From an uncultured Duncaniella sp. (GTDB taxonomy: Bacteria; Bacteroidota; Bacteroidia; Bacteroidales; Muribaculaceae): 64,000 nucleotides of DNA. Position numbers and translations under genes: made by a program. Within the stretch, counting starts at the first letter, position 1. Every line of letters begins with the position of its first letter. Location: assembly GCA_910576785.1 (NCBI GenBank), contig CAJTJG010000008.1, positions 4,137 through 68,136 on the forward strand, read 5' to 3'. This document shows, in pieces, positions 39,109 to 49,149 of this stretch. The notes beneath the pieces are model-generated. The model was not told the DNA's origin. It made no database searches and saw nothing but the letters and a program-made list of their open reading frames with translations.

Positions 39109-40656
39109 TCAGGGGTCCGTTTTCTGTTCGGCTTCAAACTCCTCGCGGGCTTGCTTGAGCAGAGCTTGCGACTTCGGGTCGGTCTGCCAATGGAACGGTA
39201 CGAAGTTGCTTGATGGATTTACCCACGATGGCTTGCGCATGGCCAGTATGATGAACGGGAGTACTGTGAAGAGTATCACTCCTCCGAATAGGACACCATA
39301 CCACACGGCTTTCGATCCCATGGCTATCTGGTCCGGTGGAAGGAAGCTCAACACGAAAGCCAGAAGTGATCCGAGGAATCCTACGCCTGCCACGATGAAT
39401 AGCAGACCGTTGCCACGACGCCCGATACGGAAGGGGCGGTCGGCCTTTTTCATGGAGAAACGCAGCTTGATGACTGACATGAACATGAGCAGATATGCTA
39501 TGAGATACAGCAGTACGGTGAGCTGCGAGAGTATCTGGTAGAAGCTCTGTACGGTGGGCATGACAACAAACAGTAGTGAGAGCAGTGTCACGGCCAGTCC
39601 CTGAAGCAGGAGGATGTTTTTCTGTACACCTGCCTTGTTGGTTTTCTGGAAGAAAGGCGGCAGGAATCCGGCCTGTCCTACAGCGAGGATACCTTTGGAG
39701 GGCCCTGCAACCCATGTCAGTACGCCGGCCAGCACACCGAAGGCGAGAGCTATGGCTATGACGGGTGTGAACCAGTTCATGTGGAAGGCCTTGAAATAGT
39801 TGTCGAAGCCTACCAGAAGGCTTTGTACGAGGTTGATATCCTTGGTTGGAATGATGATGCCGAGGGCGTATGTGCCAAGCACGAAGATAAGCACGGTCAC
39901 CAGCGCGCCTCCGAATACGGCCTTTGGATAATTGACTGCCGGATTGTTGATCTGGCGCACGTGTACGCCCGACATTTCCATACCGGCATAGAAGAGGAAG
40001 ATGGAGGCGGCCAGCACCACATTGTCGAAATTGCTGAAGTCCGGGATAAAATCTCCGTGGAAATCCATCTCCGAATGGCCGCCGGAGACGAGGTAGGCCA
40101 CGCCGCAGATCACGAGAATTATCACAGGAATGATTGTCCCGACAATACCGCCGATCTTGGATACCTTACCAACCCATCCGAGGCCTTTCATGGAGATGAG
40201 CGTGGCGAGCCAATATATGGCCAGTACAACGGCCAGGGTATAATAGCGGTTTGCCGCGAGATGCGAGTCCGCTATATGGTCGAGTCCTATGAATGCGAGC
40301 GACACGGCACCGAAGGTCAGTACGGTCGGAAACCATATGGTGCTCTCCACCCATTGCAGCCATATGCCAAGGAATCCTGCCTTGCTGCCGAATGCCTCGC
40401 CTATCCAACGGAACATACCACCCTGCTGATAGGGGAACATGGCTGCAAGTTCGGCGGCCACGAGCGATACCGGGATCAGGAATACGAGGGCCGCGAAGAG
40501 ATAGTAGAAGGCCGAACTCATGCCATATTCGGCTTCGGCCGGGAGTCCGCGTAGTGACACAACGGCCACAATGTTCATTATCATCAGGGTGAAGACCCCG
40601 AGTTTGGCTCCTGATTTCACTTTTCCACCGGAGCCGTCTGGTGCTTTGTTTGTCAT
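39109..40656 (-). CDS. gadC: Glutamate:GABA antiporter (APC superfamily)
   Basis: 515 aa, about 12 TM. AELAAMFP..GG, and FVLSFLPPDQI resembles E. coli GadC FIVSFLPPDNI. Clustered with gadB and glsA. Confidence 0.85.
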   Translation of the reverse strand: MTNKAPDGSGGKVKSGAKLGVFTLMIMNIVAVVSLRGLPAEAEYGMSSAFYYLFAALVFLIPVSLVAAELAAMFPYQQGGMFRWIGEAFGSKAGFLGIWLQWVESTIWFPTVLTFGAVSLAFIGLDHIADSHLAANRYYTLAVVLAIYWLATLISMKGLGWVGKVSKIGGIVGTIIPVIILVICGVAYLVSGGHSEMDFHGDFIPDFSNFDNVVLAASIFLFYAGMEMSGVHVRQINNPAVNYPKAVFGGALVTVLIFVLGTYALGIIIPTKDINLVQSLLVGFDNYFKAFHMNWFTPVIAIALAFGVLAGVLTWVAGPSKGILAVGQAGFLPPFFQKTNKAGVQKNILLLQGLAVTLLSLLFVVMPTVQSFYQILSQLTVLLYLIAYLLMFMSVIKLRFSMKKADRPFRIGRRGNGLLFIVAGVGFLGSLLAFVLSFLPPDQIAMGSKAVWYGVLFGGVILFTVLPFIILAMRKPSWVNPSSNFVPFHWQTDPKSQALLKQAREEFEAEQKTDP

Positions 40657-40682
40657 TGCGATGCAAGTTTATCGGATGTATA

Positions 40683-41651
40683 TTATTTTACAATCGTTAC
40701 ATTCTGCCCATTCATTATCCCTAAGCCGAGGGTCTGCATTATCTCAAGCAGAGCGGCTTGCGCCTTCACCGAATTACCGGCGTCGTCGAGTGGTGGCGCG
40801 AATGCGGCCACACCCATCACGCCCGGAAGCACTCCAAGCACCCCTCCTCCAACTCCGCTCTTGGCCGGCAGACCGGATGTGTAAAGCCAATCTCCGGAAT
40901 GCTGATAGAAGCCCACGGTGGCTATGAGGGTGGTGATCTTTGGTGCGATCTCCGTATCGAATACCGGTTTGCCTGATATTGGATTCCGTCCGCCTGACGC
41001 TATCGTGGCCGCCATTGCCGCCATCTGTGAGCAGGTGATGCCGAGAGAGCATTGGCGGGTGTACAGGTCAAGGCTCATCATAGGGTCATCGTATATGCGG
41101 TTGTAGTTCTTGAGCAACCATGTGATGGCGCGGTTGTTGAAGTTGGTCTCGCTCTCGCTTTTATAGAGTTCGTCTATAAGTTTTACCGGAGACGCGCATA
41201 GATCGGCTATGTTGTCCGTAATGGCTTTCCATTTCGCATCGGCATCGCCTGCCGGGCTTATCATGGAGCAAGCCGAGATGGCTCCGGCATTGACGAGAGG
41301 TGTGGATGGATGGTCATTTTCGAGCAGGATGGCAAAGATGGAGTTGAATGGCAGCCCTGTGGCATCGGCACCTATCTTCTCCAGTACACCGCGCGGAGTG
41401 TGCTGCTTCATGGCCAGTATGGCGGTAGGCACCTTCGAGACGGATTCTATACCGAATTCATAGGTCGTGTCACCGAAGTCAAAGTGGGTGCCGTCTGTGA
41501 GCACGATGCTGAGTCCGAAGAGATCAGGATCGATATTGGCCAGATATGGTATGTAGTCGGCGTTGTGTCCCCCTTTCAGTCCGGACGCATGGGTGAATGC
41601 CTGACTGGCCGCATCCCTGATCTGGCTTATTGATAGTTTTATATCATCCAT
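40683..41651 (-). CDS. glsA: Glutaminase A
   Basis: 322 aa. ADYIPYLA, FGIESVSKV, SGVGGG. Confidence 0.93.
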   Translation of the reverse strand: MDDIKLSISQIRDAASQAFTHASGLKGGHNADYIPYLANIDPDLFGLSIVLTDGTHFDFGDTTYEFGIESVSKVPTAILAMKQHTPRGVLEKIGADATGLPFNSIFAILLENDHPSTPLVNAGAISACSMISPAGDADAKWKAITDNIADLCASPVKLIDELYKSESETNFNNRAITWLLKNYNRIYDDPMMSLDLYTRQCSLGITCSQMAAMAATIASGGRNPISGKPVFDTEIAPKITTLIATVGFYQHSGDWLYTSGLPAKSGVGGGVLGVLPGVMGVAAFAPPLDDAGNSVKAQAALLEIMQTLGLGIMNGQNVTIVK

Positions 41652-41767
41652 AGTGTTTTAAAGAAGCAGCCGGTCGGCATCAGCTTGTATAGCAATGATG
41701 ACGACCGGCTGTATTATTATCTTATTTTGTTTCTACGGCAGAAGTGTGCCGTTTGTCCTGTCGAGGA

Positions 41768-43204
41768 TCATTTACCGGTGTGGTTGAATGTCTTCGAGAC
41801 AAGAGGTACATTCTTCTCCATCTGTATACGTGTGGGAGTGGGATACTCGAGCTGATTGAGTTCGGACACGGCAAAGCGTATGTCGTTGAGAAGCTGATCG
41901 GCCATATCTCGGCTGAATCCCTGCTTGCAGAGCACACGCATCACCACGATCTGCTCGATATTTGCGGGCATCGTGTAGGCAGGTACCATCCAGCCCTTCT
42001 GGGCGAGCTTGTCCTGAAGATCGAATAGTGTCCATTTGGCGCTCTTCTGCACCTCGGGCTTCATCAGCCATACGAAGATAGGATTGGGGACATCCTGCGA
42101 GTAGGGCTGGAACTCAGGCATGGAACTTACCTGCGAGTGGAGATACTTGGCCACTGAAAGAGAGTTGTACTGTACATTCTTGTAGCCCTGGAATCCAAGA
42201 CGGATGAACTGGTAGTACTGACCGAGTATCTGGGCGGCCGGACGTGAGAAGTTGAGTCCGACCTGACTGATCTCCGCACCGAGATAATTCACGCTGAAGG
42301 ACATTGCCGAGGGGAGATACTTCTTGTCGCGCCATACCACCCATCCGAGACCGGGATATACAAGTCCGAACTTATGGCCGGAGGTGGATATGGAGAGTAC
42401 CCATTTGAGCCTGAAGTCCCATTTGCGGTCGGGATCGAGGAACGGGAGAATGAATCCACCCGAAGCGGCATCGATGTGGATAGGAATGTCATAGCCAGTC
42501 TTGGCGTTGAACTCGTCAAGAGCTTTGTCAAGGGCCTCGACGTCATCGTTCAGACCTGTCCATGTAACACCCTGGATGGGGACGATACATATTGTATTCT
42601 CATCGCACATCTTGAGGGCATCCTCGGGGTCGAGAGTGGTTTTTTCGAGCGACAGAGGCACTGTTCGCATCTCTATCTGCCACAGTTGAGCGAACTTCTC
42701 CCACACGATCTGATAACCTGTGGAAATGACGAAGTTTGGTTTGTCGAAAGGCTTGCCCTCTTTCTGACGGCGTTCGCGCCACCTGATCCATGCGGCGATA
42801 CCGCCGAGCATACATGCTTCCGACGAACCGATGGCGAGTGCGCCGGTTTTCCATTTGGCAGTCTCAGGGGTGTGCCAGAGATTTGCCATGATGTTGATAC
42901 ATTTGGCGTTCATCACAGCGATGCGGGGATATTCCGTCTCATCGATATAATTGATATTGATCGCCTCGTTCATGAGTTTTGTGGCATACTCATCCATATA
43001 GGTGGTCACAAAGGTAGCGAGATTAAGCCTCGGCTGGGTCTGGGCGAATGTTTCGTCCTTGACCATCTGGTAGGCTATCTCGGGCGTGGTAGGACCATCG
43101 GGAATGAAATCCACTGGCGCTGGTTGGAGCATGGCATCAGAACCGAATGTATCGGTCTTGGCATCGCCGTTACGGAAGTTGGGGTCGGTTTTAGAGTCTA
43201 ACAT
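41768..43204 (-). CDS. gadB: Glutamate decarboxylase (PLP-dependent)
   Basis: FRNGDAKTDTFGSDAMLQP..PDGPTTPEIAYQMVKDE..QPRLNLATFVTTYMD.. and SGHKFG (PLP lysine). The start is ambiguous. I chose ATG 43204, giving 478 aa like Bacteroides GAD. ATG 43240 is possible. The ORF-track start at 43360 crosses a terminator. Confidence 0.9.
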   Translation of the reverse strand: MLDSKTDPNFRNGDAKTDTFGSDAMLQPAPVDFIPDGPTTPEIAYQMVKDETFAQTQPRLNLATFVTTYMDEYATKLMNEAININYIDETEYPRIAVMNAKCINIMANLWHTPETAKWKTGALAIGSSEACMLGGIAAWIRWRERRQKEGKPFDKPNFVISTGYQIVWEKFAQLWQIEMRTVPLSLEKTTLDPEDALKMCDENTICIVPIQGVTWTGLNDDVEALDKALDEFNAKTGYDIPIHIDAASGGFILPFLDPDRKWDFRLKWVLSISTSGHKFGLVYPGLGWVVWRDKKYLPSAMSFSVNYLGAEISQVGLNFSRPAAQILGQYYQFIRLGFQGYKNVQYNSLSVAKYLHSQVSSMPEFQPYSQDVPNPIFVWLMKPEVQKSAKWTLFDLQDKLAQKGWMVPAYTMPANIEQIVVMRVLCKQGFSRDMADQLLNDIRFAVSELNQLEYPTPTRIQMEKNVPLVSKTFNHTGK

Positions 43205-43271
43205 GTTGACGAGAGATAAAATTAATGATTCGTGAGCCATATTCCGGCCCGCGTTGTTTGTATATCTATAT

Positions 43272-43319
43272 AAAAAAACACGGTAGTCACGAAATGGTTT
43301 CGTGACTACCGTGTTTTTT
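43272..43319. terminator. Bidirectional rho-independent terminator between the OFOR operon and gadB
   Basis: AAAAAAA, then a 16-bp perfect stem (cacggtagtcacgaaa/tttcgtgactaccgtg) with a 3-nt loop, then TTTTTT. On the minus strand it follows the gamma-subunit stop at 43344. Confidence 0.8.
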
Positions 43320-43343
43320 ATTGTATACCGACTATGCCTTGTT

Positions 43344-43880
43344 TCAGGCAGGAAGTTCAAGACCGCGCATGATGGCCTGCTTGTTGACCGGCAGGAGGTG
43401 ATGGTGGCGCTCTGGGAGAGTTTTCTTAAGTCCGGCCATCACGGCATCGACCGATACGAGCGGACGCACTTTCAGCAGGGCGCCAAGCAGGACCATATTG
43501 TAACTCTTGGCCGATCCGAGTTCGAATGTCGCCTCCATGGCTTCGACAGGAATGATGGTTATGTCAGTTCTTGTCGGGGCGTGGTGTATGCTATAGGGGT
43601 CATAGATGAGGGTGCCGCCGGGCTTTACCTTCGACTCGAATTTGTCAAGACTCTGCTGGTTGAGAATCACGGCAGTGTCGTAGGAGTTCAGCACAGGGCT
43701 TGATATGGGTGCGTCCGACAGGATGACCGTGACATTGGCTGTGCCTCCGCGCTGCTCGGGGCCGTAGGATGGCATCCATGTCACTTCAAGATTGTCCATG
43801 AGTCCGGCGTAGGCGAGTATCTTTCCCATGGATAGCACTCCCTGGCCTCCGAAACCGGCTATGATGATTTCTTCTTTCAT
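43344..43880 (-). CDS. 2-oxoacid:ferredoxin oxidoreductase, gamma subunit
   Basis: 178 aa. IAGFGGQGVLSMGKILA is typical of the gamma subunit. Last gene of a four-gene OFOR operon. Confidence 0.88.
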   Translation of the reverse strand: MKEEIIIAGFGGQGVLSMGKILAYAGLMDNLEVTWMPSYGPEQRGGTANVTVILSDAPISSPVLNSYDTAVILNQQSLDKFESKVKPGGTLIYDPYSIHHAPTRTDITIIPVEAMEATFELGSAKSYNMVLLGALLKVRPLVSVDAVMAGLKKTLPERHHHLLPVNKQAIMRGLELPA

Positions 43881-44647
43881 TTCTCGACAGTGTTTTTAAG
43901 GTCACCCACGGGGTATTTTTCAAACATATGTTCCTCCATCCAGCAGTTGGCTTTTTCGGGAGTCATCTTCCATCCGGATACACATGTGGAGACTATCTCC
44001 ACGAGCGAAGTCCCCAGACCGTTCATTGAGTTCTCGAATGCCTTTCGGATGGCTTTTTTTGCTTTGCGGATAGCAGCGGCTGTATGGACACTCTGGCGTG
44101 TGACGTAGCATGTGCCCTCCAGACGTGCGGCAAGATCGGTGATATTGAGCGGATATCCGTTGAGCTCCACCCGACGCCCGTAGGGAGTGGTCGATGTCAC
44201 CATACCCTCGAGGGTGGTAGGGGCCATTTGTCCGCCGGTCATGCCATATATACCGTTGTTGATGAATATGATGGCTATGTTCTCACCGCGGTTGGCCGCA
44301 TGGATGGTCTCGGCAGTGCCGATAGCGGCAAGATCACCATCGCCCTGATATGTGAACACCAGACGCGAAGGATTGAGTCTCTTCACGGCTGAGGCAATGG
44401 CGGGTGCGCGTCCGTGGGCGGCTTCTATCCAGTCGATATCTATGTAGTTGTAGGCCATGACCGCACAACCCACTGGGGCTATGGCTATGGCTATGTGCTC
44501 GGCTCCCATCTCCTCGATCACTTCTGCCACGAGTTTGTGCACTACACCATGCGAGCATCCGGGGCAGTAATGCATTGTGTTGTCGTTGAGCAGACGGGGC
44601 TTTGCGGCCACGATGTTCTCGGGGCGGCGTATATCCTGTGGTGTCAT
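43877..44647 (-). CDS. 2-oxoacid:ferredoxin oxidoreductase, beta (ThDP-binding) subunit
   Basis: 256 aa. YCPGCSHG, GDGD.AAIG, NNGIYGMTGGQ. Confidence 0.9.
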   Translation of the reverse strand: MTPQDIRRPENIVAAKPRLLNDNTMHYCPGCSHGVVHKLVAEVIEEMGAEHIAIAIAPVGCAVMAYNYIDIDWIEAAHGRAPAIASAVKRLNPSRLVFTYQGDGDLAAIGTAETIHAANRGENIAIIFINNGIYGMTGGQMAPTTLEGMVTSTTPYGRRVELNGYPLNITDLAARLEGTCYVTRQSVHTAAAIRKAKKAIRKAFENSMNGLGTSLVEIVSTCVSGWKMTPEKANCWMEEHMFEKYPVGDLKNTVEK

Positions 44648-45726
44648 AGCTGAAATTTCTCTTTAAGTGCGACGAATACCTCGTCGGGGTCCATGACTAT
44701 GCCTCCCATGCGTCCGAAGTGATGTACCGGGGTGTCGCCGTTGAAACTCAGTCGTACATCCTCGATCATCTGTCCGGCATTGAGCTCCACTACGAGTATG
44801 CCTTTCACCTGATGTGACAGTCTCTCTATCTCGGCCGAGGGGAATGGCCAAAGGGTGATAGGCCTGAGAAGCCCGACCTTGATGCCTTCCGCGCGGGCCT
44901 CCTCCATGGCTTTCTGGCATATGCGGGCCACACAGCCGAAGGCCACGATGAGGTATTCGCAGTCGTCGGTCAAGTGTTCCTCGTATCTTGTCTCGTTGGC
45001 CTTGATGAGATCATACTTTTCCTGAAGGTGTATGTTGTGTTTCTCCATGAGGGCCGGGTCAAGTTCGAGGGTCGTCATGATGTTGGGTTTGCGTGTGGAC
45101 GGACATCCGGTGACTGCCCACGGACATTGCAGGGCTATCTCCTCATCGGTGCGGCGTGGACGCATGGGTGGGAGGGTGACTTTCTCCATCATCTGTCCTA
45201 TCACACCATCGGCGAGCATCATCACCGGATTGCGGTATTGGTAGGCGAGGTCAAAGCCGAGACCTACGAAGTCGGCCATCTCCTGCACCGATGCAGGAGC
45301 GAGGACTATGAGATGATAGTCGCCATGTCCACCTCCTTTCGTGGCCTGAAAATAGTCGGCCTGAGAGGGCTGGATGGTGCCGAGGCCGGGACCTCCGCGC
45401 ATGCAGTTTATGATAAGCGCCGGCAGTTCGCCGGCAGCTATGTAGGAGATGCCCTCCTGCTTGAGGCTTACACCCGGGCTTGACGATGATGTCATGCAGG
45501 CTTTGCCGGTGGCGGCTCCGCCGTATACCATGTTGATGGCGGCAATCTCGCTTTCTGCCTGGAGCACCACCATGCCGGTGGTCTGCCATGGCATGAGCTC
45601 CTCGAGGGTCTCGAGTATCTCGCTCTGAGGAGTGATCGGATAGCCGAAATAGCCGTCTACACCGTAGCGCACGGCGGCATGGGCTATCGCCTCATTGCCT
45701 TTCATTAATGTGACTTCTTGTTCCAT
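44644..45726 (-). CDS. 2-oxoacid:ferredoxin oxidoreductase, alpha subunit (KorA/VorB-like)
   Basis: The internal ATG at 45726 gives MKGNEAIAHAAVRYGVDGYFGYPITPQSE. The ORF-track start at 45813 would overlap the delta subunit gene. Confidence 0.9.
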   Translation of the reverse strand: MEQEVTLMKGNEAIAHAAVRYGVDGYFGYPITPQSEILETLEELMPWQTTGMVVLQAESEIAAINMVYGGAATGKACMTSSSSPGVSLKQEGISYIAAGELPALIINCMRGGPGLGTIQPSQADYFQATKGGGHGDYHLIVLAPASVQEMADFVGLGFDLAYQYRNPVMMLADGVIGQMMEKVTLPPMRPRRTDEEIALQCPWAVTGCPSTRKPNIMTTLELDPALMEKHNIHLQEKYDLIKANETRYEEHLTDDCEYLIVAFGCVARICQKAMEEARAEGIKVGLLRPITLWPFPSAEIERLSHQVKGILVVELNAGQMIEDVRLSFNGDTPVHHFGRMGGIVMDPDEVFVALKEKFQL

Positions 45727-45779
45727 AACTTGAAGATTTGAGGGGAGAGGGGTGGGGTGATAGTGGCTGGATAGCCCGG

Positions 45780-46010
45780 TTATTTTTCCACGACGCGGTA
45801 TACGGTTATACATCCGTCAGGGCAGACGGTGGCGCATGCGGCACATCCTATACATGACTCGGGCTTTGTGTCGGTGGCATAATGATAGCCACGATCATTG
45901 ACATCTTTTTTCTGCAGGGAGAGCACGTCACACGGACATGCTACCACGCATAGGTCGCATCCCTTGCAGCGTTCGCGGTCAATGTCCACAGCACCAACTA
46001 TTTTTGCCAT
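45780..46010 (-). CDS. 4Fe-4S dicluster ferredoxin-type delta subunit of the 2-oxoacid:ferredoxin oxidoreductase
   Basis: 76 aa with two CxxCxxCxxxCP motifs (CKGCDLCVVACP, CIGCAACATVCP). First gene of the operon. Confidence 0.88.
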   Translation of the reverse strand: MAKIVGAVDIDRERCKGCDLCVVACPCDVLSLQKKDVNDRGYHYATDTKPESCIGCAACATVCPDGCITVYRVVEK

Positions 46011-46083
46011 ATCTTGATTGTTGTGATGCGGAGGCCGGTGGAAATGGTCAGCCCGCCGCGGTGTTTTTTTATGTTATACAACA

Positions 46084-46091
46084 CAAATTTA
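46084..46091 (-). promoter_or_regulatory. Bacteroidetes -7 box (TAnnTTTG) for the OFOR operon
   Basis: The minus strand reads TAAATTTG, 74 nt upstream of the delta-subunit ATG (46010). Confidence 0.4.
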
Positions 46092-46208
46092 TATAAAAAT
46101 CTCTTACTGACAGCGGTTTTAATGTATTTTTAACCATTTGCACACCCAGACGGTCCATGAGCAATGGAGATGTAAATATCTATAACTTAGATAAATCTAC
46201 GATATTGC

Positions 46209-46913
46209 CTAAAGGTCGGTTTTCTGAAATGTGAAAATATGTTTATGAAGGTTGGAGTTGGCCACGTGTACATTCACTCCTTTTACGTGCGGGAGATCCC
46301 ATACTGACGATATGTCAAATGAAGCGTAGTAGCTCCTGTCGTGATTGTTTACCGGTTTTTCAAGTACGTGGACCAGATAAAGATCGGGTGTTTCTGATGA
46401 AACGGTGGCGGGATCGGTTGCCAGACAGAATATGCGTGGCTCATCCGAATAGGTGATGCGCATGCGCAGATTGATCCACGAGCCTGAACGCCACATGCTG
46501 TAGACATATACAGGATAGGCATCCCAGCTGTCATATTCGTCTTTCCATTCTGTGGCCACGGGAGCTTGTGTGATACGGGATGCGGAGAGGAGTCTGACGG
46601 GACCTCCTGAGTAGGGTATGCCGTCGGCCGGTATGTAGGATATGAGCATACGCACCGGTGGCGCATCCTTGTCATCATCGCTGTCTATGATGACCGGACG
46701 GTCGGCGGTGAGCGTTATGGCCGGGGTATCATCCACTTTTACAAGGGTGAAAGTCGCGTTATTCCCGTTGGTATTCCCCTCGAAAGTGACTATGTCAGTG
46801 AGGGCCATCTCCACACGGCCGTCTATGCCATCATCGCCACATGAGGAGGTTACACCTGCGGTTAGTGCTGATGCAGTGGCTGTGAGGATATATGTGAGTG
46901 TCTTTTTCAGCAT
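46209..46913 (-). CDS. Lipoprotein, possibly NigD-like, function unknown
   Basis: The internal ATG at 46913 gives the lipobox LTAGVTSSC. The general pattern ([12 protein letters not shown]....L) is reminiscent of NigD-like lipoproteins. Overlaps lolD by 7 nt. Confidence 0.5.
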   Translation of the reverse strand: MLKKTLTYILTATASALTAGVTSSCGDDGIDGRVEMALTDIVTFEGNTNGNNATFTLVKVDDTPAITLTADRPVIIDSDDDKDAPPVRMLISYIPADGIPYSGGPVRLLSASRITQAPVATEWKDEYDSWDAYPVYVYSMWRSGSWINLRMRITYSDEPRIFCLATDPATVSSETPDLYLVHVLEKPVNNHDRSYYASFDISSVWDLPHVKGVNVHVANSNLHKHIFTFQKTDL

Positions 46914-47581
46914 GTCAGGGAGTCGCTTGAACCTGTGATACGTCCGTCCTTCATGTGGATGACCCGGTCGGAGCATGTGGCGAGTGATTCGTCATGAGTA
47001 ACTATGATGAATGTCTTGCCCGTCTTGTCCCGTAAGTCAAGGAAAAGCCGGTACAGTTCCTCCCGGTTGTGGCTGTCGAGGCTTCCGGTAGGTTCGTCGG
47101 CGAGTATTACCTTTGGATCATTGACAAGGGCCCTGGCCACGGCTGCACGTTGTTTTTCTCCGCCGGAAAGTTGTCCGGGTTTATGGTCGAGGCGGTCGGC
47201 GAGGCCCATTGATCCTAACAGTTCCGCAGCTTTTTTCATGGCGTGGGAGCGCGGCTGCCCGGCTATCATGGCCGGAAGAGCTACATTTTCGGCTATTGTG
47301 AACTCCGGCAGGAGCTGGTGGAACTGAAAGACGAATCCCATGTTGAGGTTGCGGAAAGCTGCCAGACGATGCTCCTTCATACTCACGATATTTGTTCCGT
47401 CGTATAGCACACTGCCGCTGTCTGGCGCGTCAAGCGAGCCTATGATCTGCAGCAGGGTTGTCTTGCCGGCTCCGCTGGGCCCGACAATGGAGAGAAACTC
47501 ACCGTCAGCGACGGTGAGGCTCACATTGTCGAGCACCTTGAGGGTGCCGTAGCTTTTAATAATGTCCCTGACTTCGATCAT
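46907..47581 (-). CDS. lolD: ABC transporter ATP-binding protein, LolD/MacB-type
   Basis: 224 aa. [30 protein letters not shown], and [16 protein letters not shown] typical of LolD. Confidence 0.85.
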   Translation of the reverse strand: MIEVRDIIKSYGTLKVLDNVSLTVADGEFLSIVGPSGAGKTTLLQIIGSLDAPDSGSVLYDGTNIVSMKEHRLAAFRNLNMGFVFQFHQLLPEFTIAENVALPAMIAGQPRSHAMKKAAELLGSMGLADRLDHKPGQLSGGEKQRAAVARALVNDPKVILADEPTGSLDSHNREELYRLFLDLRDKTGKTFIIVTHDESLATCSDRVIHMKDGRITGSSDSLTC

Positions 47582-48561
47582 CAGATGGAGAGACGGCGCA
47601 GGGTGTCGATGAGTTCACCTTTGACAGGCTTGTCATTCTTGATAGCCTTCGAGAAGGGTACGTATGTGATCTCATCGTTGCGTATGCCTATCATCACGTT
47701 GCGCTGATCCTCGAGTAGGGCATCGATGGCGGCTGCTCCCATGCGTGAAGCAAGGATGCGGTCGCATGCTGTGGGCGAGCCTCCTCGCTGCAGGTGTCCG
47801 AGTATGGATACACGCACGTCATAGCCGGGATATTCGTTCTTCACACGCTCGGCCAGTCCCATGGCGCCGCCGGTGACGGGGCTCTCTGCCACGAGGACTA
47901 TCGAAGAGTTCTTGCTCTTGCGGAAGCCGTGCTCGATGAGCTCGGCAAGCTGGTCCACCTCGGTGGATATCTCAGGGATGATGGCGGCCTCGGCTCCTGA
48001 TGCGATGGCTCCGTTGAGCGCAAGGAATCCGGCATCGCGTCCCATCACTTCGATGAAGAAGAGCCGTTCGTGGGAAGTGGCGGTGTCACGTATCTTGTCG
48101 ACACACTCCATGATGGTGTTGAGTGCGGTGTCATATCCGATGGTCGAGTCAGTGCCATATAGGTCGTTGTCGATGGTACCGGGCAGACCGATGATGGGTA
48201 TGTTGAATTCGTTGGCGAAAATACGGGCGCCTGTCAGGGAGCCGTCGCCACCTATCACCACGAGAGCGTCGATCTCCTGCCGTCTCAGGTTGTCGAAAGC
48301 CAGCTGGCGTCCTTCGGGAGTAGTGAACTCCTTGCAGCGTGCTGTCTTGAGTATAGTGCCTCCGGCCTGGATGATGTTGGATACGTTCTGTGTCTTGAAC
48401 TCCACGATCTCATCCGTGATAAGGCCTTTATAGCCACGGTATATGCCTTTGACACGCAGGCCTCCGTAGATGGCGGCGCGTGTGACGGCGCGTATTGCGG
48501 CGTTCATGCCGGGGGCGTCACCTCCTGAGGTGAGGATGCCCACACATTTGATTTGTGACAT
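47581..48561 (-). CDS. pfkA: ATP-dependent 6-phosphofructokinase
   Basis: 326 aa. [34 protein letters not shown]. Confidence 0.95.
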   Translation of the reverse strand: MSQIKCVGILTSGGDAPGMNAAIRAVTRAAIYGGLRVKGIYRGYKGLITDEIVEFKTQNVSNIIQAGGTILKTARCKEFTTPEGRQLAFDNLRRQEIDALVVIGGDGSLTGARIFANEFNIPIIGLPGTIDNDLYGTDSTIGYDTALNTIMECVDKIRDTATSHERLFFIEVMGRDAGFLALNGAIASGAEAAIIPEISTEVDQLAELIEHGFRKSKNSSIVLVAESPVTGGAMGLAERVKNEYPGYDVRVSILGHLQRGGSPTACDRILASRMGAAAIDALLEDQRNVMIGIRNDEITYVPFSKAIKNDKPVKGELIDTLRRLSI

Positions 48562-48589
48562 GTCGTAGATGTTTTTTCTGTTCTGATGG

Positions 48590-48597
48590 CAAAGTTA
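48590..48597 (-). promoter_or_regulatory. Bacteroidetes -7 box (TAnnTTTG) for pfkA
   Basis: The minus strand reads TAACTTTG, 29 nt upstream of the pfkA ATG (48561). Confidence 0.45.
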
Positions 48598-48654
48598 CGC
48601 AATTTAATTCATAATGCACGGCTATGCCATCGACATTTTTTTGCGGATTTTGTG

Positions 48655-49104
48655 TCAGAACAGAGGATAGGTAGCCGGACTGAGCACGTATTTTTCCTCG
48701 AACTGGCGGTCAGTCATGGTGAGCATCATTATGCCTTGTACGAGCATGAGTACCTGCCATAATCCGCATGTGACGAGTGAGAGCAATATGGTGATGAATC
48801 CTGCCGCTATCTTGCCGAGATAGAAGTATTGCACTCCGAGTCCGCCAAGAAGGATGGCGAGAACGCCGGCTGCTACTTTGTTTTTGTCGGTCAGTACGGT
48901 GTAGTTGCCGTCATAGGCCGGCGGGACTTGCTGACGGTGGTTGAGCATCTCCATCAGTTCGGGAAAGTTGAATAGCGGCAGCCAATTGTGGTTTGATGTG
49001 GTGCAGACGAGGGTGGTCGATGTGACGGGATAGGCAAACACCTGTTCTTTGGTCATCGGGCCGATGGTCTGTCCGTTGAAGGAGAGAAAATATTCCGGTT
49101 CCAT
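48655..49104 (-). CDS. GYF_2-like N-terminal domain plus TM2-domain membrane protein
   Basis: 149 aa. The N-terminus FNGQTIGPMTKEQV is GYF-2-like. The C-terminus AAGVLAILLGGLGVQYFYLGK is TM2-like. Confidence 0.7.
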   Translation of the reverse strand: MEPEYFLSFNGQTIGPMTKEQVFAYPVTSTTLVCTTSNHNWLPLFNFPELMEMLNHRQQVPPAYDGNYTVLTDKNKVAAGVLAILLGGLGVQYFYLGKIAAGFITILLSLVTCGLWQVLMLVQGIMMLTMTDRQFEEKYVLSPATYPLF

Positions 49105-49149
49105 AATTTGTATCGGTGTATGGTTTTATTGGGCGGATGTGTGATTGAG

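Noticed and set aside
39781-43201. Plus-strand ORFs antisense to gadC (39781..40554), glsA and gadB (42374..43201)
   Set aside because: These are shadow ORFs of strongly supported minus-strand genes.
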